Shown in pieces: positions 54,631-64,000 of a DNA stretch of 64,000 nt. Both the position numbers and the translations under genes were made by a program. Within the stretch, counting starts at the first letter, position 1. The number at the start of each line of letters is the position of its first letter. This DNA is from Octopus vulgaris (Eukaryota), in NCBI GenBank assembly GCA_951406725.2, contig OX597823.1, positions 30,504,001 to 30,568,000 on the forward strand. The letters are read 5' to 3'. The notes under the pieces were generated by a model. The model was given only the letters and a program-made list of their open reading frames with translations, was not told where the DNA came from and made no database searches.

Positions 54631-56867
54631 AACATCCAGGTTAAAACACTAAATCAAAAGGTATCAACAATATAACAAACTATAACTACATTCATCATTA
54701 TTGTTTTAACGTCCACCATTTCACACTTGCATGAGTCAAACAGAAGTTGTGGAGGCAGATTTTCTACAGCTGGATGCCCTTCTTGTCACCAACCCTCACC
54801 TGTTCCTCAGCAAGGTAATATTTCCTTATAACCAGACATGTTTTGCATGGAACACTGAAAACAAACGGCATCTCTTGTATGAAGGTGATGCCTACTTACA
54901 GCTATCACACAATTTTGAAACAAGGGGACACAAAAACACACACACGTACATGTAACTACAAACAGCAAACCAACATACACATAAACACACACACTATATG
55001 TATATTTATACATATATGTATGAAAACACTCTTGCAACAGACTGGTATCCCATCCAGGGTAGAAATAGTTATGCCACAGAATCAGATAGGGAAACTGGCC
55101 TTATGAACCTGTGGCTTGGGAAGGATCTTTGATCTCTTTAACATACAACAGGTGTCTTTGAGCTTTCTTCATCAGCCAGGGTCTACAATAGAAGACATCA
55201 ACCTAAGGTGCAATACAAAAACAACACAATTGTTTCTAAATCGTGTGAACCAAAATCACACAATTTAGAAGCAAGTTTCTCAACTTCACAACCATACCTA
55301 CAATGACATGGTAAGCAGTGTATTTCTAAGAATTTCTCCAAAATTTTGTCTAACTAAAGCATTTTTTAGCCATTATTTTAAAGCCAATTTAAGTGGGATT
55401 TTTCTCCTTTCAACTAGTTCAACATTTTTTTTAGTCAATTACTTTATTTTTTACTCTCCTTTTTTTTTTTCTTCTTAGAGAATTTAACCTACCTTATATT
55501 TTTTATTAGGCAGTTTAAATGAACATATTTTTTTAATCATTTAGATAAATTAAGTCGTCTTTTTCCCAGCCATTTCTAAGTCAATTTAACTACCATTTTT
55601 CTTGCTATCAATGCTGGGTATGTTGAAAATATATAAGTGCTTGCATTCTCTCTTAATTATTGCAGTTATCCAAACCACCACCACCACCACCCATTTAGGC
55701 TCTTTTCATTCCAAGTTCAAACCCTGTGGGGGCAAACTTTGCCTTTCATTCTTTCAGAGTAGATAAAATGAATTGAACTCAATACAATCAACTGCACAAT
55801 ACCTTCTCTAAACAGTCTGGCCAAGTGCCAATTTTACAAATTAATATTAATGTAGTTATGGCTCCATCATTAAGAAGCTTGCTTCCTGACTTCATGCCTT
55901 TCGGTTCACTCCGACTGTTGTGTGTGTATGTGTGTGTATATATATATGTGTGTGTGTATACTGGGTTGGATTGGATTGCCTTTACTCAGGCCACTGCAAG
56001 ACAAAGGCCTCAACAGGTTCTCTCCACCAACCATGGTCCAACGTGGAGGTTGTGGATTTAAGCTTGATCACACTGGTTTGATAAGCCTACTGTGTCACAC
56101 TAGTTCAACATGGCTTGGCAGAAGGATGCAGTTTTCTCTGTTATGCTCTCACCCAGGAGCAGCCAAGTTATGTCGACCTCAGTACACAACTGGTATTTAT
56201 TTTATCAACCCCAAAAAGATGGCAGGCAAAGTCAACCTAGGCACAATTTGAACTCAAAATGTAAAGATGGCTGAAATACCTGTAAACATTTCAGCTGGTA
56301 TGCTAACAATTCTGCCAGTTCACCTGTGTGTGTGCGTGTGTGTGTGTGTATATAAATATATACACACACACACATACATTTAGACATAATACAAGCATAC
56401 ATGTGTGTGTGTGTGTGTGTGTGCGTGTGCGCGTGTGCATGTCCCCTTGTCTTCACATTGCTTAATAGTAGAAAACAAACATAGCCATCATACAAGCTGT
56501 GTTCTTCATTTCAAATCTTCAGTGAAAACATGTCTATCAATGGGGAAATATCACCATTCTTGGAAACAAGGATTGGCAACGGGAAAAGAATCTGGTCATA
56601 GAAAATCTGTTTAAATAAATTCCATCTGACCCATGCAAGTATAGAAAAATGGACATTAAACTGACGAAGATGATGTATATATATAATGTGTTTTGTTATG
56701 CTTTTGTTATAAATCCTTATTGCTATTACAATCATCACTGACTGATAGCTCCTAAAGTTTTTTTTATTCTCTCTCTGTATATTTCTTCGTATTCCTTTCT
56801 GTTTAAGAGCGTAGGCTCAAAACAAAAGACTTTCTCACCTTTCGAAGCTTTAAACTAATACACCTGT

Positions 56868-57243
56868 ATGGAAAATTACTATTTTTAAATCTCACAATGA
56901 GAGATATTCAGCAACAGCACTTTGGAGCAAAGATTATTTGCCAACATAACATGGCAGTCCTGGTTTAGGACAAATGTTGCTGTAATTTAGCCCCAGGAGA
57001 CATCATCTCCAGCTGGCTATACAACACGATCTATGTCCTTATATTTTTGAACAAGGAAATCTAGCACCCCAAATCAGCTCAAAACCACATCTGTGTATCG
57101 TGATTTCCAGGTTATTTCCCTTCATAAGCACCTATCGTGTCTATAGCCAGCTGGAGACAATGTCTCCTGGGGCCAAATTACAGCAACATTCGCCCTAAAC
57201 CAGGACTGCCATCTTATGTTGGCAAACAATCTTTACTACATTG
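56868..57243. mobile_element. Asymmetric fold-back element, copy 2, inserted in a Penelope-like repeat
   Basis: Same arms and same left extension as copy 1, with a longer spacer. Flanked by tacacctgt (56859-56867 and 57244-57252). Confidence 0.85.
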
Positions 57244-57622
57244 TACACCTGTTTGTTGTTTATACACCTGTCTTCATCTTTGGTTTTCTGTAAATTTCAA
57301 CATCATAGTTAAGTATTCTATGGCAACAGCAATTTCAATCCAATTCAATGGCAACATTCTCTTCGGTTACAGTATTTACACTATTCTCTCTTTTATCACT
57401 AATTCAATTACTCTTTTACTTGTTTCAGTCATTTGACTGCAGCCATGCTGGAGCACCGCCTTTAGTCAAGCAAATCGACCCCAGGACTTATCCTTTGTAA
57501 GCCTAGTACTTATTCTATCTGTCTCTTTTGCCAAACTGCTAAATTACAGGGATGTGAACACACCACCATCGGTTGTGAAGCAATGTTGGGGGGACAGACA
57601 CAGACACACAAACATATACACA

Positions 57623-57670
<48 letters not shown>

Positions 57671-58344
57671 CATACACACACACGACGAACTTCTTTCAGT
57701 TTCCGTCTACCAAATCTACTCACAAGGCTCTGGTCGGCCTGAGGCTATAGCAGAAGACACTTTCCTAAGGTGCCATGCAATGGGACTAAACCCGGAACCA
57801 TGTGGTTGGGAAGCAAGCTACTTACCATACAGCCACTCCTGCGCCTTATTCAATTTTCCAACATTTCAGCTCAAAATATTTCTTCTATCTACTTCAAGTA
57901 TCTTTTACTTCTTTTAGTCACTAGACTGTGGGGTAAAGTTGGGGTACCACCTTGAAGAGTTTTCCCAAACAAACCTGTACTGGCTTTACGTTGTAAGCCT
58001 ACTACTTATTCTATTGGTCTCTGTTGCCAAACAGTGAACTTATAGATATAAACAAACCAACACCAGTTATCAAGTGATATGGAGACAAACACACACATGA
58101 TGGGCTTCCATACAACTTCTGTCCATCAAATTTGCTTAGGAAGGCAATGGTTGTCTTGGGGCTATAGAAGAAGACACTTGCCTAAGGTGCTATGCAGCGG
58201 CACTGAACCCAAAATCATAAGGTTGCAAAGTGAGTTTCATAACAACACAGTTGTATCTGTTCCTGAAGCCATTGAAAAGATGAATGTAAAGCAAAACAAA
58301 GCCAAATACAGCATTTTCTTTTTGGAATCTTAAATTGAAGGTTA

Positions 58345-58914
58345 TACAAGGGTGAGTCAAAAGGTAATGCCGTTTTGTTTAGGACAGGTATAATTACCAA
58401 CACAGGAACATGTATCATACTTCAAAATGAAGCTGGTCCTCTGTCGATCACATATCTACTTCTCAACATAGTCACCATTTCTCTCAATAGCAATGTTCCA
58501 CCTTCCAATGAGAGCATGTATTCCTGCCCTGTAAAATTCTGTTGACTGCTCTTTGAGCCACTTCTTCATTACAGTTTTCAATTCCTTGTCACTGGAATAA
58601 TGTTTGCCTCTCAAACCCTCTTTAATGGGGAGAAAGGGATGATAGTCCAGTGATAATGATAGTCCAGTGACGAGGAAGTGAAAACTGTAGTGAAGAAGTG
58701 GATTAAAGAACAGTCAGCAGAATTTTGGGTGGCAGGGATACATGCTTTCATTCGAAGGTGGAACATTGCTATTGAGAGAAACAGTAACTATGTTGAGAAG
58801 TAGGGATGTGATCAACAGAGGACCAGCTTCATTTTGATGTATGATACATATTCCTGTGTTGGTAATTATACCTGTCCTAAACAAAATGGCATTAGTTTTT
58901 GACTCACCCTCGTA
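58345..58914. mobile_element. Fold-back mariner derivative made of two inverted 3' ends
   Basis: About 250-bp inverted arms with TA flanks and TIR ...ttttgactcaccctcg. The arm encodes SDEEVKTVVKKWIKEQSAEF..AGIHAFIRRWNIAIERNSNYVEK*. Confidence 0.9.
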
Positions 58915-60630
58915 GTTTTTAAAGATATAAAAGTAAACACAAAACTTTCTGTCTCATCAATGAATCTGTTTTTTTCTGCCCTAAAATTGGTGTCTAGAAA
59001 GTCTATTGGTTTATGTCTAAATTCTTTGAAGGTTGACCAATGCCTTGCGTGTGTGAATGTCACTGAGCTACAACCAAGCTGGAGCACCACTTTCAAAGTT
59101 TTTCATTAAATGTATTAGTCTGATGCTCATTTTATCAATCACAGTTTATTAAATACTTCGATTTTTTTTGACAAAGATGACAAGCACTTTGTCATGACAA
59201 AGATGACAAGCACTTTGTCATGCCACTAAACACACACACATATGATGAGCTTTGTCCGTTTCCTGTCTACCATATTTCATTCACAATGCATTAGTAGGCT
59301 CTCAGAGACATTATATGTATGAAATCTAGATGAGAAAGTGAGGAGACAAACAGACAGACAGGGATGGGCAGATCTACTGATGTGACTCAAATCCCCATAT
59401 CTGTCTATTTTTATATAATTTTATAAAAATTCTATTTTTAACTTTAAATTTTTCAAAAACTAAGATGTTTGCCTTGATGGTGATGTAATAATTGTCTCCC
59501 TTGGATTTGCTCTCTGCACTGTACATACACTTTTGGCTACCTTTCCTGATTAGTTGTAGAGCACCTAAGCACCATACACAATAAGTTCGGAATCATTTCT
59601 AAGGAACCCCACCACAAGAGATCCTGAGCCAACCTAGTTACCAGGAGTACCGTGGCAAGTATGCCTCCCTCTCATCCATCCTCCACAGCCTGTAGGTGGC
59701 AACTCATTTTCCTGGGCCCACCTTGCCACATTCACCCACCTTTCAACAAATTTACTGAGGTGAGGGATTAGCAAAACCCTCTTTGCCCTTGCCATCCTTT
59801 TCAAATGGACTCTTAAATTGGCTGAAGAGCAAAGTGTCTGTCTTCAGTCCCGTCTACCACACCTCTTTTGTCATAGCCACCAGAGGAAAACTGTTTGCTC
59901 TTCCTCACCAAAAGAAGGCTGTAGGGTGAAGATTTTCAAAATTTGGCACAAAGCCATCAATTTCAGGGGAATGGAGAAGTCAATTACCTCAACCCTCAGT
60001 ATTCAACTGGTACTTATCTTATGAACCCTGAAAGGATGACAGGTAAAGTTGACCTCAGTGGAATTTGAACTCAGTACATAAAGAGCTGGGTGAAATGCTG
60101 CTAAGCATTTTGTCCAGTGAGTTAGCAGTTGTGGGCTAGCAGTTCTGGGCTAGCGGTTGTGGGCTAGCAGTTGTGCCCGTTTGCCACCTTAGAGTAGCTG
60201 AGTAACAATCCTCTCTGCTATAGGCACAAGGCTTGGATTTTGTGGGGACAGTAAGTCAATCACATCAACCCCAGTACACAACCGGTACTTAATTTATTGA
60301 CCCAGAAAGAATGAAAGGCAAAGTCGACCCAGCAGAATTTGAACTCAGAACGTGCAGACAGACAAAGTACCACTAAAAATTTCACCCGGCGTGCTAACTA
60401 TTCTGCTAGCTTGCCACCTTCAGAGTAACTGAGTAATAGTAAAGACATCAACAGATGTGGGAGAATTAACTGTATGAGATGGGAATGGACAATGGGTGAC
60501 AATGTGTTGAGTGGTGGCAGAGGAAGACTATGGAAGGCATCTGAGGTCAGATACAAAGATGCTGATGACAAAGGGGAGATGACAGAGAGTTGAGAGGAGA
60601 GTCAATATGCAATGCAACAAACTTATTTAA

Positions 60631-60974
60631 CCCTTTCGTTACCAACCCAGCTGAAACTGCCTCTGGCTCTGAGTACAAATGTCTTGTTTTCATAAGTTTT
60701 GAATTAAAATCTTCCCCCAAACCTTAATCACAATTTATGTTCCTAACACTAGCTTAACACTTTCATTACCAACCCAGCTGAAACTGCCTCTGGCTCTGAG
60801 TAAAAATGTCTTGTTTTCATAAGTTTTGAATTAAAATCTTCCATCAAACCTTAGTCACAATTTATGTTCATGACACTAGATGAATGATAAAGGTATTTTA
60901 CAAAACTCTTTGTTGTATTTAAAGTAATTGAAAGAAACACAGAGCATCTCAAAATAAATACAGTAACGAAAGGG
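60631..60974. mobile_element. piggyBac-type MITE with an internal ~127-bp tandem duplication
   Basis: TTAA flanks at 60627-60630 and 60975-60978, with perfect TIRs CCCTTTCGTTAC and GTAACGAAAGGG. Confidence 0.9.
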
Positions 60975-61261
60975 TTAATCCTTGTCAGCATTGAAGAAAT
61001 GACATACGATGTCTGTCAATGGGTTTGAATGTGATAAAGCCCTTCATAAAAAAAAAAGGAGAGAGATGGACAGAGAGCAATCAGGGCTCTATGTGCTTCC
61101 ATCTTTACATCACTGCCATTTTAGAATCAGACCAATTGGAAACCATAGGAGGAATATATCAGTACAGATACAAACACACACAAGTCTGGAGTCACTGCTG
61201 ATGGCAATGAGTGTCCTACACAGAGAACAAAAGAAGCAAGAATTTATAAGAGATAACTTAC

Positions 61262-61358
61262 CCTGTGAGTGGTAAGGTAGATTCTACCCTTTTTACTGCC
61301 TTTTGGTAGGTTACCCCCTTCAAGTGTTACCTGTACACCATCACAGTAGATTAAGATC
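61262..61358 (-). CDS. WBP2: WBP2-like gene, first visible coding exon (probably exon 2), GRAM/PH-like domain: ILIYCDGVQVTLEGGNLPKGSKKGRIYLTTHR
   Basis: ttttccag acceptor and AGG|gtaagt donor; 97 nt, phase 2 to 0. KKGRIYLTTHR matches the WBP2 GRAM motif (KKGxxYLTxxR) and is in frame with the next exon. Confidence 0.9.
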
Positions 61359-61814
61359 CTGGAAAATAAATACACAGATTAAATAACATGTTAAACATTA
61401 CAGATATGCAAATTAGCAGCACCAGTTCTCTGTAGCTAATAGATTTGATGTGTATATAATCAGAATGGCAAGGTCATTTCTCTGGGATTGGTCAAGTGAT
61501 GTAAACACCTAAGATGAAAACCCCAGATAAGGGTTGAAAATCACTTTTTCAATCTAAAAGAGAAATAGGTTAAATGGACACGTTTGCATATTTTAATTAT
61601 CCATTTATTATGATAATGTGTGGTGTACCCAAATTGCAGGTAACCTTTCAACTTCCCCTGAAACGTGACGCCAAAATGCAGCTGTGTTGAATGCTGTGGG
61701 TGGCAGTTGCAAATTGTCATGAAAACCGATATGCATGTGCATCTTGTGGAGGTTATGGGTATAAAAATCAACTTGAACTGCATTCCTGGTATTCGTAATT
61801 TCGATGCCTCAGGT

Positions 61815-62815
61815 ATGACCCAACTGTCAGCAGTGCAGAGAGAACAAGCTATCGGCCAATTGCAAGCAGGGCAGCATGCCCTGGTTGTTGCGAAAGCTTA
61901 CAATGTCCATGTCAGCACCATCTATGACCTGCAACAGCAATACACCACCACCAACAGCACTGCAGACTATGCCTGCAGAGGCCGTCCCCTGGTGACCACG
62001 CTCAGACAGTACTTCATTCACCAGCAACACTTCCATTGTTGCGTCAGACTGGCCACCATGACAGCTCATGAGACATTGGCACTGGACAGCGACCCATCAG
62101 TGACGACATGGTACGATGTCGACTGGCTGCCAACACCTGCTGCTGTCGACCTGCTCGAGGGCCTGTCCTCACTGCATGCCACTGTCAGGTATGACTACAA
62201 TGGGTTACACAGCACCAATAATAGAGGTCAATAGTCTTCTCTGATGAGAGCCAGTATTGCATTTTCACCTTGGATGGCAGAGTGAGGGTGTGGCGTAGGA
62301 GGGGTGAACACTACTGAGATGTATATATCCTGGAGAGAGACGTGTGGGGTGGTCAAAACATCATGGTTTGGGGTGCTATAGGCCTGAATCAGAGAATTCG
62401 ACCCTATGTGTTCCAAAATGTTGGTGCAGACACAGGGAACAACATCACAATGCAGATCCTAAGACCTCACATCGTGTCCTTCTTTGTGCATCACCATAGT
62501 CACATGTTCCTGCAGGACAATGCTCCTTCACACACGGCCAGGGTTACAATGGACTTCCTGCATGAGCACAACATCAGAACAATACCATGGCCGGCTCTCA
62601 GCCTGGATTTGAACCTAATTGAACACCTGTGGGATGAAATCCAGAGGCAGCTGAACCAAGTGGTCCAAAGGCTGACAACTTGTGTGGAACTGGAGGCAGC
62701 TTTCCTCAGGGTGTGGGCACTCATTGCCATCAGCAGTGACTCCAGACTTGTGTGTGTTTGTGAACCACCTCATGCAGTGCATGTACCGATGGTGTATGGT
62801 TCACCAGAGACACAT
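61815..62815 (+). mobile_element. Tc1-family (DD34E) transposase pseudogene in a WBP2 intron
   Basis: HTH region MTQLS..REQAIGQLQAG..VAKAYNVHVSTI, GRP, VFSDES, IMVWGAI, FLQDNAPSH, WPALSLDLNLIEHLW. Frameshifted, and the 3' end runs into a SINE. Confidence 0.92.
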
Positions 62816-64000
62816 ACGCACATATACATAGAATGGGCTTCTTTCAGTTTCCATTTATCAAATCCATTCACAAGACTTTGGTTGGCCCAAGGACATACAA
62901 GACACTTGCCAAAGGTGTTCCACTGTGGGCCTGAACCCCAAATTATGTGGGTGTATAAGTACATACCACCTACAAGATGGCTAAATATGCATGGCATCAC
63001 CTCATAGACAGTGGCATTGTTAACGTCTGCCTGTTGCGTAAACTATGTCAGCATACAAGCATTATGCTTGTTTACATCTATCCCCAAAACATGCCAGGCC
63101 ACTGAGAAGGCTGACGTTTAATAGATTAGTGAGGGGAAAAGAATACCTTATATGAAAATGGGTGTCAGCAACAAGTAGAGCAGCCAGCAGTAGAAAGATT
63201 GCTTCTAGAAACCATGTGTGACCCATGTGAATAGGGAAAAGTGGATGTTAAAATGATGATGGTGATGTTACCAACATGCAAAGCCTAACATTTTCTCCAA
63301 CACCTCAACTTGAGTTGTACTAATAATTAAGTGAACAGATTTGGAAGACAGAGAAATTATTTTTATTTGAATTTTTAAGACAGCAGAATTATTAGAGTAA
63401 TTGGCAAAATAAATACAAGAGGAATATGTTTCTGAGAAAATGGATCCTCCTCAAAATTCGTTTTGTGATTAGTAAGAAACACATATTTAATTCTTTCCAA
63501 ACCAAAATAAAATCTTGATAAAAAAAAAAAATGATAATATTTTGCATATCTTTAAAATTACTGTTTTTCTATAGTAATGATTTTAAAATAATTTTTTATT
63601 CTCTGAAGAGGTTTTTTTTTTCAATCTTGTTTTTATTTGTTGTCCTTAGCTTTTTTAATTATTTCTCTCAAATGCTACCGTTTGATGTGATGAGAGAAGT
63701 TGGTATTTAAAGTTTGATCATTGACCTCTTTCGCTTGAAATCTCAAATTTGTTGATCTCACATTCCAACCCCTCCCTCCTCTTTTACATACTAATATTTC
63801 CTTCTCCAAAACATAAATATCTGCTACTCAACACCATATTTTCTGAAGATGTTTCAATGTGCATACACACTGCATCAAAAGGCTGTAAATACCAAGCTGT
63901 CAGTAGTGGGGAAGTTACAGGCAAGAGACTATCACTATCCAGGGAGACAATTTCACACAAACAAGATATCAGCATCAACCTTTTAAAGCTGTGTTGTTTG

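Noticed and set aside
63784-63978. Possible WBP2 exon 1 ending at a gtatgt donor
   Set aside because: No resemblance to the WBP2 N-terminus, and the phase is incompatible with the 61358 acceptor (the required phase gives a stop codon).

Overview
Eukaryotic, AT-rich, repeat-dense genomic DNA. The SINE families and microsatellite load suggest a coleoid cephalopod, probably Octopus; this is an inference from pattern recognition, not a search. One protein-coding gene is well supported: a WBP2-like (WW-domain-binding protein 2, GRAM domain plus PPxY motifs) gene on the minus strand. Six GT-AG exons lie in frame between 61358 and 42393, and the first exon was not found and probably lies beyond the right edge. 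Most ORF-track entries are microsatellite or repeat artefacts. The rest of the window holds microsatellites, about five modular tRNA-derived SINE families, decayed LINE fragments (R4-like RLE, CR1/L2-like, RTE), decayed DNA transposons (Chapaev-like, Tc1, mariner, and pogo-, hAT- and piggyBac-type MITEs), LTR-like pieces, and Penelope-type terminal repeats carrying minimal hammerhead-ribozyme motifs. The best leads are: (1) an asymmetric fold-back element present twice with variable-length target duplications and a predicted multibranch RNA fold; (2) an ORF1-only zinc-knuckle element whose 3' hairpin-AATAAA tail also ends a SINE subfamily; (3) two hammerhead families, one with a variant core; (4) a CpG-decay pattern pointing to an unannotated spliced transcript at about 30.7-37.6 kb. 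None of these is shown to be novel without database searches. Repeat boundaries are approximate.
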